Assembly: GCA_964016885.1 (NCBI GenBank) | Contig: OZ024742.1 | Span: 197,346,001-197,410,000, forward strand | DNA from: Eledone cirrhosa | Taxonomy: Eukaryota | Direction: 5' to 3' | DNA: 64,000 nt | Shown here: piece by piece, positions 26,112-41,940 of the stretch | Layout: the number at the start of each line of letters is the position of its first letter | Numbering within the stretch: the first letter of the stretch is position 1 | Translations under genes and position numbers: made by a program | Notes under the pieces: model-generated | Database searches by the model: none | Told to the model about the DNA's origin: nothing | What the model saw: only the letters and a program-made list of their open reading frames with translations

Positions 26112-27800
26112 ATGAGATTAAAAACCTTTTTTGTATAGCAAACCATGTCAATCTTCTTTCCTGATTTATTATATATATATATATGGTGGCTGCCAACTCG
26201 TTTTCGAGTACGGCCACTACTTAATATCCATGTCGGAGAACCCCTACCGATGTGCTGAACGAGTGTGACTTTTTAGTCCAGCCAGCGACTTGAAAACTCT
26301 GGTACAAACACTACACTTGTGACAATGATCGACACATAGTGCTTTGCCTTTGGCACCATGTGACGACGAGTGCAGAGAGATCTCCAGATATAAAGCAATG
26401 CCTGTGCCGTGAAGCTTTTATAGTGAGCAAAGGCACTGCACAAAGCCAGTCCCACTCTCTTAACCAAGATGATATTTACCAAAAAGAAGAACAAGTCAAC
26501 ATCATTGGATACCATCAGGGTTGCAGGTGTTATATCAGAGTTTTCCTTCTCCTAGAATTCTGCCTTGACAAAGGCTAAGGGGTCATCTCTCCCAGTGATT
26601 TTGGATGGCCATTGACTCTTAAGAGCTCCTTTGCCCTTTGACAGGTTTTGTTTTTAGTCCTGCAGGATGTCCAAAGTCACCCTCCTCACCAAGAAACCTT
26701 GGTGGGGTTGCCAGTTTAGTCGCCGTATATATATACATACATATATATATACATATATGCATATATATATATACATACATATATATATACATATATATAT
26801 GCATATATATATACATACATATATATATACATACATATATATATGCATATATATATATACATACATATATATATACATACATATATATATGCATATATAT
26901 ATGGTGGCTGCCAACTCGTTTTCGAGTACGGCCACTACTTTATATCCATGTAGGAGAACCCCTACCGATGCGCTGAACGAGTGTGACTTTTTAGTCTCAG
27001 CCAGCGACTTGAAAACTGGTACAAACACTACACTTGTGACAATTATTGACACATAGTGCTGGGCCCATGGTACCATGTGACGACAAGTGCAGAGAGATCT
27101 CCAGATATAAAGCAATGCCTGTGCCGTGAAGCTTTTATAGTGAGCAAAGGCACTGCACAAAGCCAGTCCCACTCTCTTAACTAAGATGATATTTACCAAA
27201 AAGAAGAACAAGTCAACATCATTGGATACCATCAGAGTTGCAGGTGTTATATCACAGTTTTCCTTCTCCTAGAATTCTGCCTTGACAAAGGCTAAGGGGT
27301 CATCTCTCCCATATATATATATATATATATACATATATATATACATATACATATACATATAGATATACATATGAATAAAAAATTGCGTGCTGCGTTGTTG
27401 CGAACATGAATACATGAATAAAAATAGACAAGGGTTAAAATGTCCTCTTCAGTAGTCTTCTGATTTATCGTTGGTATTTCGACGCATTAAAGAATATATA
27501 CATAAAATCAGTGCGAGCGATAACTCAATTAAGTTATCGGGACAGTGGGAAAACGGAAGGAAAGAAACAAACACATGGTGGTATGCAACGAAAAAGAGGA
27601 AAATTAGAGACAAGTCAATGAATCACGTGGGCATAAGCCCGACATATCAAATTAATTGACGAGTAGAAATAGACACGTCCGAGCTGCGAGAAGATTGAGA
27701 GAGGAAAGAAATTCAAGCAGGTCAGACGGGAGGAAGTGAGAGGGGGGAGAAGCAGAGAGGGAGTGAGTGAAAGTGGGAGGAAGGACCAGCCGAGAATATA

Positions 27801-27848
<48 letters not shown>

Positions 27849-29483
27849 TTAGTTAAGCAAAACAAGACCACAAATTTCACAAGGAAGACATTATTAAAAG
27901 ATTGTCAACAAGAACAGTAATCAAATCTATCTCGTATAGGATCTCAATGCTATCAGCAAATGAGGAGATATTTATAAACCATGCGCAATATTAAGGCTCT
28001 TTCTGAATCTGGTTATGAACAATCAATGTATTACATACCTAAATGCCATAACACAGCAATTCACCATAATAAACTTAACACTAGAACTAGAAATACCTTA
28101 GCATATAGCCAGATTCGCCGGAATTTTAGCAGTAACAGAACCTATACAGGGAACTTTAATGGTGGCAGCGGCCTGCTCCCCACTCCAAGTAGCAAACTAA
28201 AAATCAACCCTAGAATAGGAATGAGAAATGGGATGACAAATAACAAATCCCCAGGTAATAATAACCCTAGGAAGGCCCCTACCAACTCCACTAGAACCCC
28301 TAGAAGGAATAGACCTAGAAATATCACCTGGCTTAACCCCCCCATTCTCATCTAATCTAGCCACTAATATCCCCAAACGCTTCTTCTCTATCCTATCTAA
28401 ACATTCCCCCCAACCATAGATATTACAAACTCTTTAATAAAAATAACATTAAAATCTCATTCTCCACAACACCTAACCTAGCTAGCCACATCGCATTCAG
28501 TAACCATCATAAACTAAGACAGTATAACTCACACACCGCGGTACCACCACCCCTATCAAATACACCACGCCACTACACCAATAATTACTCTAGTAGCACA
28601 CCTCCCCCATCTAATCCTTCTAGCACTGACCTACCGCTTAGGTTAAATAACCCGACTCCCACTAACCGCAGAAGCAACTGCAACTGCCGTTACATGCATG
28701 CCCATTAAATGGACACTGCCTGACACCCAACATAGTCTATAGGTGCACGGTTAAAACTGCTTCGAATACCAGCTCTTATATCGGGTCTCCCTCTAACCCT
28801 TTTAAGGTACGCTATAACGCGCACTCTTTTTCCTTCCGAGACCCTAGCAACAGATGTTCGACATCGCTAGCTAGGCTCATTAAAAACATTAAATTAAACA
28901 ACGTTCAACACTCACTAAAATGGAATATCGTGGCTAGGGCCCAACCGTTCAATGGACGAAGAAAATCTTGTGATCTCTGTATTACAGAAGCATATTACAT
29001 AACTCTATCACGACCTCTACCGATTAACGATAGAACAGAGGTAACTATTAGCTGTCAACATCGAAGGGCTAATTCCTTCGCCAATAGAATATTTGACCCA
29101 ACTTAGTCATCTAGCCCCATTTTTACTTGTAGCTAATAAGTTAAATTGCTTGGAACAACTTAGATAATTATAAGTTACCTCCCCTACATTGTCTCTCAAT
29201 TAAAAAATTTAAAAATTAGCACTTAACTATAAATACCTACAATTTTTAATCTCTCGAGGAGTTACTACCCCTGAAACCACCCTCTAATTAGTAAGGTAAA
29301 TATGTCCTTTGGCAGCCATCTTGTTACCCATAGGCAGATCTCACACAATGCAGCCTCGACAGATGAATACTGCTTGATTATGGCTGACAACTGATGCAAC
29401 CAAGACGCCGTAGTAAAAAACCAATAAATGGAACATTATAGTATGTAACATTCTCTCATTATTTTAATTTATATTCCTTTGAA

Positions 29484-29603
29484 GTTCCGATGAGCCGCTC
29501 TGTCTTTTAAATATGTTAATTATTTTCAACTGAACCAGATCAATTGTGATATATAGTCATCTGATCCAGAAATATTATATGGAGTAGCGAAACAATTGTA
29601 AAC
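29484..29603 (+). ncRNA. Type I HHR variant (CCGATGA core, long stem II) in the PLE 3' repeat
   Basis: GTT-CCGATGA-GCCGCTC..(about 80 nt)..GAGTAGC-GAAAC AATT GTA-AAC. Confidence 0.6.
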
Positions 29604-29606
29604 GGA

Positions 29607-29649
<43 letters not shown>

Positions 29650-29657
29650 GTTGTTAT

Positions 29658-31683
29658 TCCTTGAATCTCAGTCATTGATGTTGGTTAACTGGAAAGTCCG
29701 TTGGATTGAATATCAAGCCACTACCTGCAGCCTCAGATATTCAGGACATATCGGAGGGTTCTTGCTGTTCCAAGCAAGCATGCCTTTTGAAGCGTTCCAA
29801 AAAGCGTGAAGGGGCCGATTTTCTTTAACCATCCCTGGAAACTTTTGGAGATAGTCCCCAGTGCGCCTATGACAATCGGGATCACTTTGACTTCATGGCA
29901 GTTCCAAATCCTTTTCACCTCCCACTTTAGGTCCTGGTATCGGTTAATTTTCTCCCTCTCCTTCTCTTGCACTCTCGTGTCGAACGGGCAGGCCACATCC
30001 ACAATCAGACACGATCTTTTTTCTTTGTCCACAACCACCAGGTCAGGTCTATTGTGTTCCAGTTTTTTGTCCGTCTGTATCCTAAAATCCCACAGCACCT
30101 TCACCTGATTGTTCTCCATCACCGCCTCTGGCCTATGCTCATACCATTTCTCAGAATGTGGTAAATTGTTTACTTTGCATAGGTGCCATTGGATCACCCT
30201 GCCCATCACATCGTGTCTCCAGCCCTTATAGTGGGTCTGGGCTAGGTGTTTACACTCGGACACAATGTGAGCCACAGTCTCCTCTCTCTCTCCACAGATC
30301 CTGCACAGTGGGCTAGCCTCCTCCTTGTAGATATGGTGCTTCAACCACTTCGTTTTGAGGGCCTGCTCCTGCGCAGCCATTAGCATTCCTTCTGTAGCCT
30401 TTTTGAGGTCTCCTCTTCTCAACCAGTTCCATGTCTGTGGATCTCTAAATTCAGTTTTCTCAAAGAAGGTACTATGAAGGGATTTTCCCTTAAGGCTGCT
30501 CTTCCTCCTTGATGTTATTTCCTCCTTGGATATCCCCTGGCCTACTGTCACCTCCTTCAGTACAGTTCTGAGCATTGCTCCTTACTATAGGTCACGTATT
30601 TGTATAGGTTGTTTTTCTCCATCTGAACACAGTCCTCTATGCTGATAAGACCTCTTCCACCCTCAGATCTCCTTAGGTAGAGTCTATCGACATCACTCCT
30701 CTTGTGGAACATGTTGTAGATAGTCAATAGCTTCCTAGTCTTCCTATCCATTTCTTTTTGTTCAGCAACATTCCATCTCAGAATTCCCGCACTGTACCTA
30801 ATAATAGACACAGCTCGGGAATTTACTGCGCTTGTGGCATTTCTGCTGTTCAGATGTGACTTCAATACGCTCCTTACTCTCCGAATGTATTCAGTTCTTA
30901 ACAATTTCTTCATTTTTTTGTTCTTTATGCCATCAGCCTCCAGAACGCCCAAATACTTGTATCCTTCCTCAGAGTCAATTTCCTTTATCATCTCACCTGT
31001 TGGTATCTGGATCCCGTTACTTCTGCTCAACCTACCCCTCTTCATCACAATGACTCCACATTTACCAATACCAAACTGCATACATATATCACTGCTGAAA
31101 ATACGGACAGTGTCAACAAGCACATCCAACTCCTTCTCACTTTTCCCGAAGAGCTTAAGATCGTCCATGAAGAGGAGGTGATTGATGGTAAGCTCTCCCC
31201 TTCCCAACTTGTATCCTGCTCTCACTTTTCGCAGCATAATGGTCAAGGGCATCAGGGCAAGGACAAACAACAGAGAGGACAGGCTATCTCCCTGGAAGAT
31301 ACCTCTCTTGATCTTCACGCTTCCCAAGGATACTCCAGTAGATGTCAACTCTGTCTCCCAGGACCCCATACTCCTGCCTAGCAACTGTCTGATGTTATCT
31401 GCCACCCTGAAGATCTCCAGACTTTTGGTGATCCAGGAATGAGGCACCATGTCAAATGCCTTTCTGTAGTCTATCCATCCCATGGCAAGATCAGTGTGTC
31501 TCCTCCTGCAATTCCCCATTACCATCTTATCAATAAGTAACTGGTCCTTTGTACCACGTGACTTCTTTCGGCATCCTTTCTGTTCGTCCGGTAACAAGTT
31601 GTTTGTGTGGAGGTGATGGTAGATTTCCTCAGACACAATGCTCGTCAACAGTCTCCACATTACGGACAGACATGTGATAGGTC
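29658..31683 (-). mobile_element. R4/Dong-like LINE (RT + CCHC + restriction-like endonuclease), 5'-truncated, one frameshift near 30575
   Basis: [88 protein letters not shown]; (ATT)n at 29608-29657 and 31684-31776. Confidence 0.93.
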
Positions 31684-31777
<94 letters not shown>

Positions 31778-32088
31778 TTTCTCTACATTCCTTACATCAA
31801 ACTAAAATATGTTGACAATCTTTTAATAATGTCTTCCTTGTGAAATCTGTGGTCTTGTTTTGCTTAACCAATGAATATTTCTAGCTCTGCACGCTTAACT
31901 TCTGCATGAACCCAGCCACCTAGCTGCTTTCTACTGCATATTGCACATTGAGCACATGCCTTTACGCTTTGGCTTCTAACTAATTCACCAATCTCTCCTC
32001 TCATATCTCCTCTCATATCTCCATATATCTCTTTAAGATTGTTTACTCTTGAACTGTGTATATATATATATATATATATATACATATA

Positions 32089-32195
<107 letters not shown>

Positions 32196-32224
32196 ATATA
32201 TATATATATATGTATATATATGTA

Positions 32225-32333
<109 letters not shown>

Positions 32334-32340
32334 GTATATG

Positions 32341-32474
<134 letters not shown>

Positions 32475-32677
32475 AAACATCACGGACGCTCTATCTCAAA
32501 ATTATTTTTGAAAAACATTAGAAATGCGCAACCGGTAATAACTTAAAACCAAAACTGAATACTAACCAATACTATTACTAATTTTTACTTATTCCTAATT
32601 AAACTATTTTTCACTGGGAACAATTTGTCAGCATTTTCTTTTCCTTTTACCAATATATATATATATATATATATATA

Positions 32678-32874
32678 CGTTATTCCGGGTTGAATCGGAG
32701 GTAACCACAGTAAGTAAGGTACTCAATACATTGCAGAGTATAAAAGTTTTAATATAGATGAGATTATACAGGACTAGAACTGTTTCATTCTTTAGAAATC
32801 ATCAGGAATCTCATCTATATTAAAACTTTTACTTGTAGAGACCTATAAATACCATGATACCCAGATTCCTGATG

Positions 32875-32880
<6 letters not shown>
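32678..32880 (-). mobile_element. Short PLE-type terminal-repeat fragment with an HHR core at 32778-32805 and local inversions
   Basis: Minus strand CTGATGA-TTTCT AA AGAAT-GAAAC A GTT; homologous to 6878-7043; (TA)n flanks. Confidence 0.55.
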
Positions 32881-32913
<33 letters not shown>

Positions 32914-32954
32914 TACAAATATTAATAAAATACATGTTCTTTCGATCAATTAAA

Positions 32955-33005
32955 TTTTATTATACATATTTCAGAGGTACAACAGTACGTCCTCATCAGA
33001 CAAAA
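32955..33005 (-). ncRNA. Type I hammerhead ribozyme motif
   Basis: TTTTGT-CTGATGA-GGA C GTAC TGTT GTAC C TCT-GAAA T ATGT ATA-ATAAAA. Confidence 0.7.
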
Positions 33006-33706
33006 TATAATGATACATGACATACCCTGAGATGTTAAATGGTTAAGATTTAATCAAGGTAGTGATTAACCTATGAGAAAACTCAACATTTATACCCTAA
33101 AAATGAGAAAATGCGAAAACGTAATAGATTCATTAGAGAAGGTATGAGTAAGGAAAACGTTGCTTTAATGTAACAGTTATAGAGATTTTAAAATGTGGCA
33201 TACTACAAATTAGGATTATAGAGGAAGATGACTCTGGAAATATAATTTTATTACAGTTTATGAAGGCAACCGATAGATAATTAAAGAGAGGGAGAGATAA
33301 AGGGGAGTAATTTATGCACAACATTTTTTTTTCCTCATATGGACTTAACGGTGAGGTTTCAAAATATTTAATTTATGTTATTTTAGGGTGAAGAATCAAA
33401 ATTTTAAGTTTTTAAAAGTTGATGGTTATTTATATTAATTTTATAAATTTTATAAATTTTTTTAAATGTGTTACATTACTAAAATTATGAATTTTATGAA
33501 AAAAAAATTAAAGGATTTACTAGGCCCGCGAAAGGAAAATATACAATGTTGAATATTCGCTTAAATGTAATCTTTAACAAAAATTACATATAACAGTATC
33601 AACATTTTCGGTATGTAAAATTTCTGAAGTACTTACTGTTATAAATATCGAAGAATTTATTGTCAAGTAGATACATTGTCTAAAGTATCTAACGCAGAGT
33701 TTTCAG

Positions 33707-34860
<1,154 letters not shown>

Positions 34861-34948
34861 AATATATAGGATTAGCTTTCATGCATTTATGGCTGTTAAA
34901 ATTTAAATGCATTAAATTTTCATGCATTTATGGCTGTTATAATTTAAC

Positions 34949-35456
34949 AAATTTTCGACAAATAACCGAAAGTGCCCTCTTCGCGGTGGCCACGATAGAG
35001 TATTTATCCAACATTTCAACAGCATGTAGAAACTGACCAAATATACCGCCAACCATACACAATTAGGTGTAAATTCAAACTTAGAAGAAATGTGTACATA
35101 CCGTAATTATCTCTACCATGGTTTCGTCCGTGACCACTGCCACGTCACGATTCTTAGCTATTTTTGAATCTATTTTTGGCGCGATCACTTTGGAAAATGA
35201 AATGTCTAATTTTGAGTTCGTTCCTGATGAATCCGAAACTCTGGACATTTCCTGTTATTGGATGTCTTAAAATACGGACGAAACCATAGTAGAGATAATT
35301 ACGGAATGTACACATTTCTTCTAAGTTTGAATTTACACCTAATTGTGTATGGTTGACGGTATATTTGGTCAGTTTCTACATGCTGTTGAAATGTTGGATA
35401 AATACTCTATCGTGGCCACCGCGAAGAGGCCGCTTTCGGTTATTTGTCGAAAATTT
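34949..35456. repeat. 183-bp inverted repeat (34949-35131 / 35274-35456), PLE-type fold-back
   Basis: Near-perfect reverse-complement arms; the inner boundary lies within HHR stem II. Confidence 0.85.
35221..35294 (+). ncRNA. Type I hammerhead ribozyme motif with extended stem II
   Basis: TTC-CTGATGA-ATCCG..GGACATTT..GGATGTCT..CGGAC-GAAAC CATA GTA-GAG; the inverted copy has palindromic ACCATGGT. Confidence 0.65.
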
Positions 35457-35576
35457 CTTTATATGAGCCTTTATTCTTATAGCTTGGTCTAATTGATTTT
35501 TTATATGGTTAATTATGCTAATTGGGAGAGGAAATGGTATATATTTTATCTAGTGATTCTAAGGACATGATTTATG

Positions 35577-35752
<176 letters not shown>

Positions 35753-35929
35753 ATTTATCGTAATAAATTAATATTTATTATATTATATTAAATCACTATA
35801 TTAATTCTACCTTTATGGGAAGAATGAATTCTAAATAATTGTTTCTACGTTAGGCACAAGGCCAGCAATTACCCAGTGTATTACTGGTACTTTATTTTAT
35901 CGACCCCGTAAGGATGAAAGGCAAAGTTA

Positions 35930-36925
35930 TTAGATCTAGTTCTTTTCCTCAGTTTGTTTGCCGTATGGGTGTTTGAATTATAATTATTAGAGTTTCGTTT
36001 ATATATGCCATTATTTTTATCAGGATTAAAACTTGGATTATTATTATCTACATATTCTATATTATTCTCATATCCTGCTCTTTTTAACGCATTATTGTAG
36101 TATGCTGCATTATCATCAAATATAGCTTTATTGGCTGATATTCTATTAATGCGTTTTTGCACACTATTAACTATAGCTTTTTTTACAGATTTAGGGTGAT
36201 TGGAATGGTTACTAACATAGTTTAAGTTTTCATTGGGCTTATGAAAATGGTAATAAAAGCCAGTGTTTAAGTTAAACGTAACGTCTAGGAAATTAACTAT
36301 TTTAGTACCATTTTCTACTTTTAACTTAAGGTCATATATTTTAAAGAATTCAATTATACTTTTCTTTATTCTATTTAGTTCAATATTGTTGTGTTTGACC
36401 ACCGTAAATAAAATGTCGTCCCTATATAAACCACCGGTAATCTCCGGCAGTTTTCTATTTATCATATTTAATATGAAAATTCCCAGAAGATCTGTGATTT
36501 GCGCAGAATCAGATGCCCCCATAGTAATATCAAAGTTTCTATTTCTATCTGAGCGAGTCCAATACTCATTGTTGAAGTTAATAAGAGTTCTTCTGGCTGT
36601 TAGTATGATATCAATTTCATCAGTGGTTAGATCAGTATGCTTATAAGCGTAAGATAGAGCCTTATTTAGTAGGTTAGGTGTTATGGAAGAATAGTAGTTT
36701 GTTATATCCATCTGGATGAATTTATGGTTTTTCTTATCATCTACATTCTTGAACCATTCTATGACTTCATTTGTATCTTCCCACAAGCTCAAATTAGATC
36801 TCAATTTAAGAGCGAGTAAGATTCTATCGATGATGTTTTTACTGATTACTCCAATATCCGATTTGGATGGAGCAATTAATCTAACCGGCATATCTTCCTC
36901 GAAGTTTCTTTTGTGATCCTTTAAG
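35930..36925 (-). pseudogene. Penelope-like element reverse transcriptase fragment (probably Naiad-type)
   Basis: RLIAPSKSDIG, FIQMDITNYYSSI, FDITMGASDSAQITDLLG, GGLYRDD, NFLDVTF, SNHP, YNNALKRAGY. The last about 16 aa of the tracked ORF come from an adjacent SINE. Confidence 0.9.
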
Positions 36926-37088
36926 TTAATCCGCCATCAAAGCGAATGGCGGGTTCATCGAGTGAGATCGAAAGAACAAGTCATGAAGACAAACTGACCC
37001 AAGTTTGATAAAAATATCTTAAAAAATAAAACTACTATATTATTTTTTTCATAGACAGTAATCTTGCGAACAGATATCGTCCGCACCT

Positions 37089-37128
<40 letters not shown>

Positions 37129-37251
37129 GGAGGTGAGTTTTATTGTAGTACAATAAAGCAATGCAGATATCGGATAAGAAGCACTCTACAGTTTGTAGGA
37201 CTGGAGTATGCATAATATAAGATCAAAAGATGGTTAAAGGAGTTCCATGTA

Positions 37252-37318
37252 TTTTATTATGCGCATTTCAAAAACAAACATCATCATGCAATAATATTTG
37301 TGTTTTCATCAGATAAAA
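37252..37318 (-). ncRNA. Type I hammerhead ribozyme (left arm of palindrome)
   Basis: Reverse complement of 37441-37507. Confidence 0.78.
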
Positions 37319-37440
37319 CAGGAGAACATGATATGAAGGCTAAAAAACACTTGTGGATAGTGCAGTTTTAAATCAACATATGTTGATTTAAAACTGCACT
37401 ATCCACAAGTGTTTTTTAGCCTTCATATCATGTTCTCCTG

Positions 37441-37507
37441 TTTTATCTGATGAAAACACAAATATTATTGCATGATGATGTTTGTTTTTGAAATGCGCAT
37501 AATAAAA
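37441..37507 (+). ncRNA. Type I hammerhead ribozyme (right arm of palindrome)
   Basis: TTTTAT-CTGATGA-AAA C ACAAATATT..GATGTTTGT T TTT-GAAA T GCGC ATA-ATAAAA; palindromic stem III ATGCGCAT. Confidence 0.78.
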
Positions 37508-37546
37508 TACATGGAACTCCTTTAACCATCTTTTGATCTTATATTA

Positions 37547-37608
<62 letters not shown>

Positions 37609-37699
37609 TTAGAGTATACACTCAAAGAGTCATTTACAATTAATTACCTCAAAGAAAGAAGCATTTCCGTATATTAACTTGTATATATATATATATATG

Positions 37700-37808
<109 letters not shown>

Positions 37809-37883
37809 ACATATACATATACATATACATATATATATACATATATATATACACTTATATATATATATATATATACATATATA

Positions 37884-37920
<37 letters not shown>

Positions 37921-37927
37921 CATATAC

Positions 37928-38002
<75 letters not shown>

Positions 38003-38021
38003 ATATATTATATATATATAC

Positions 38022-38052
<31 letters not shown>

Positions 38053-38054
38053 AT

Positions 38055-38152
<98 letters not shown>

Positions 38153-39645
38153 TCACACCAACGCTTATGCAGTGCCATAACACTCACCAACACACGTACA
38201 TGGATACACCAACGCGATCGTAGACTAATATACACATATCATTGTTCATGATGCTACTAATTAACTAACTAATCATACTAACACACCCAAACATTGACAC
38301 TATACTCTTTTACTAACCAATAAACACACACACGCAGGTACTCACACACACACACATACACACACACTGCCATCATAGTTCCAATTGCACACCGCTTCCG
38401 CGTTCTTCGTGCACCACAAATAGCCTCCCCTCAGACAACCTCTTCCTCCAGTTACATCCCGAAATAGCCAGCTCTGACCACAACCCACATGACAGACCGA
38501 GATCTTTATGAAAATCCATTCATATACACAAGCTAACTTTCACACAAAGAACTCACTAAACGTACTCATTGTATGAGTCGTAGGGGCGCCGTATTGACAC
38601 ACAATGTTTCTTTAGCATTTTAAGCCTGGCGGAGCCCACCCCTCTCCAGGCCTGTGTACAACAGATTTCTTCGAGAGAAAGATAGAAAGTGAGAGAGAGG
38701 AAATGAGAAAGAGATATAGAGGAAGAATTGACCTCAGTACTAAACTGGTGGTTTCTTTATCAACCTCGAAAGGATGAAAGGCAAAGTTGACCTCGGTGAG
38801 ATTGGAACTCAGAGAGCAGAGAACTGGAACAAATGCCACAAAGCACTCTATCTGACGTTCTAATGGCTGCCAATTCACCGCCGATATTGTATGCACATGT
38901 ATATATATATGTACGTGTGTGCGCCTGCAAGTATATATAGGTGTGTCTGAAAACGCACGTGCGTACACACACAAATAACATTAAAAAGTTCAGACACACA
39001 CGTGTATACACAAAACCATACAAAGCACTTACTCTCACACATACAAACTCTTACATTTGTAGTGCAGTTGAGCAATCGGTAGAGCGTCAGACATCATGCT
39101 TTGCAACATAGAGCCATGTACCTTTACATTCTGGGTTCAAATCCCGCCGAGGTTAATTTTGCCTTTTATCCTTACGGGGTTGATAAAATAAAGCACCAGT
39201 AACGTACTGGGGTCGATTTAATCGACTTTCCCCTCTCCCCGAATTACTGGCCTTGTGCCTATGCTCGAAATCATTATCATAAACATGCACACACACTTAT
39301 ACAAAAACATACACGCACGTACATGCAAATTCACAGACAAACGCAGACACACGCCCACTAACTTCCATCAACGTTACACGAACCAAATACGCAGAAACAA
39401 TAATGCACGCCTATACAAAGCACGCCATCTGCACACACACAAAACAACACCTGCGACACGCCAAGACTCTCCACCTCGGTCCCCACTCCTGAATGTTGGA
39501 CTACTCGCCTACCAACCCCATCTTTAAATTCTTTTTTGCAAACTCTGATGTTCCAAACTTTTCTATCTCTATCCGACCTCCCTATTTCCTGAAGAAGGAC
39601 TTATGTGCATTTGCATCTCTGTGTCTATCTTGTTATTTCTTGAAC

Positions 39646-40615
<970 letters not shown>

Positions 40616-40931
40616 TATATATATTTTTATACTTTGGGAGGGTCATGCTGCCAATAAAAACACACGCACCTGTTGCTTTTCACTTCAATTTATTATAAAT
40701 TTCCGGTTGGCTGGTTGGTTGGTCCGATAACCGGAAAGTTGTTTATATATTGTCAAGGTTCTTTTGTCACACATTCTGTGACCTCCTCAGTGATTAGGCT
40801 TTTATTTTGTGTCTCTCCTTTGTTCTGTCCTACACCATCTTGTTTTTATGTGACCCTCCCTAAGTATAACAATATCTGTTTCAACACACGTTTTCAGATA
40901 AGAAATCTTGCAAAACAAATTCAACAATGAT

Positions 40932-41029
<98 letters not shown>

Positions 41030-41339
41030 GCGAAGGCAAATGACTTAGTGGTTAGAGGATGAAGTTATGAGGTCGATTTCCGGATCAGGTGGTGTGTTGT
41101 GTTCTTGAGTATATAAATATATAGGGAGACAGCCCGGTGGCTGAGCTCTTGCATTTCGACAGCAAATTTCAGACTCTGGAACTTGCTGTTGAAACGGCAA
41201 GAGTTCAGTCGTCGGGGTCTGACTCTCTGCTATATACACTCGTATATAACATTGATAAGTTTCGGCCAGTACTGGCGCAAACCATATATAACTTTAGCAC
41301 CATTTGGCGAAGTATTTCAATCATGCTTCGCACTTCAGT

Positions 41340-41940
41340 CATGTTTTAGACACCATGGCCCACTCCGGTAAAGAGTTATTGTTTCTGGTGTTGAAGATTT
41401 ATACAGAATTTCGTGGCGAAATTCATCCAGGAATCTTTTGAATTTTATAGGATCTGCTTTTGTTTTGATGCACTTTGGTATCATATTAAAGAAAGCAGGA
41501 CCAGTTGAGATGAAATAGCTGTGTCGTAATGTTGATATGTAGTAGTCGGATAACACGGGTATCACGCGTTGGGTGGGTTTTAAGGTTGATGCCAACATCA
41601 TTTCGGCAATGTTGATGGAATATTTTCCACAACATACATATGCTGTAGCACTCAAGCCAGCATTGGAGAGAGTAGAGTTTGAGATTTTCTAGTCGACCCA
41701 AATAGTCAAGGCCTGTCATGCCATCTATCTTTTTTGTGATTGAACTCTTGGAGTGCTTCAATTTTCATAACACTTCGTTTCATGTGTGGAAACCACAGTG
41801 GACAACTGTATTCAAGGTGGGGCTGGGCAAAGGTAGAGAAAGTTCCAAGAACCCAACAACACATCATGTGGGCCATGTCAACCTGTTTATGTTGGAACTC
41901 CAGCTTAAGTTGTTATTGACAATCATTGAAAGGTCTCTGG
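41340..41940 (-). pseudogene. Degraded CR1/L2-type LINE 3' fragment
   Basis: ITKKIDGMTGLDYLGRLENLKLYSLQ...GPAFFNMIPKCI...FKRFLD. Confidence 0.65.

Larger units (their letters stand above)
24385..26172 (+). mobile_element. Penelope-like element (probably Naiad-type) 3' end with inverted terminal repeat
   Basis: GIY-YIG C-terminus at 24983-25231 (TTLAKKIWELK..NW...CGLC..E....LNN..E...CRHR). Inverted arms 24551-24967 and 25751-26172 each hold an HHR; (TA)n flanks. Confidence 0.85.
27843..32056 (+). mobile_element. Penelope-like element (probably Naiad-type), 5'-truncated and interrupted by an R4/Dong-like LINE
   Basis: About 27911-29106 encodes, with frameshifts, the RT thumb and linker (AL.ESGY, RNITWLNPP, KLFNKNNIKISFS.TPN), CNC..CPLNGHCL, IVY..V..YIG (GIY-YIG), CDLCITE and SCQH. 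27843-27910 is an inverted copy of 31810-31877. Confidence 0.85.
37212..37547. repeat. 336-bp spacerless palindrome containing two HHRs
   Basis: Dyad between 37379 and 37380 (CAT|ATG); arms match as far as I can read. Confidence 0.92.

Noticed and set aside
28670-29106. Selenocysteine (UGA) recoding as reported for some Naiad PLEs
   Set aside because: Conserved Cys positions here and at 24983 and 55653 are TGC/TGT, not TGA.
35881-35929. C-terminus NNFAFHPYGVDKIKYQ of the PLE RT ORF
   Set aside because: Derived from an abutting SINE fragment, not part of the protein.
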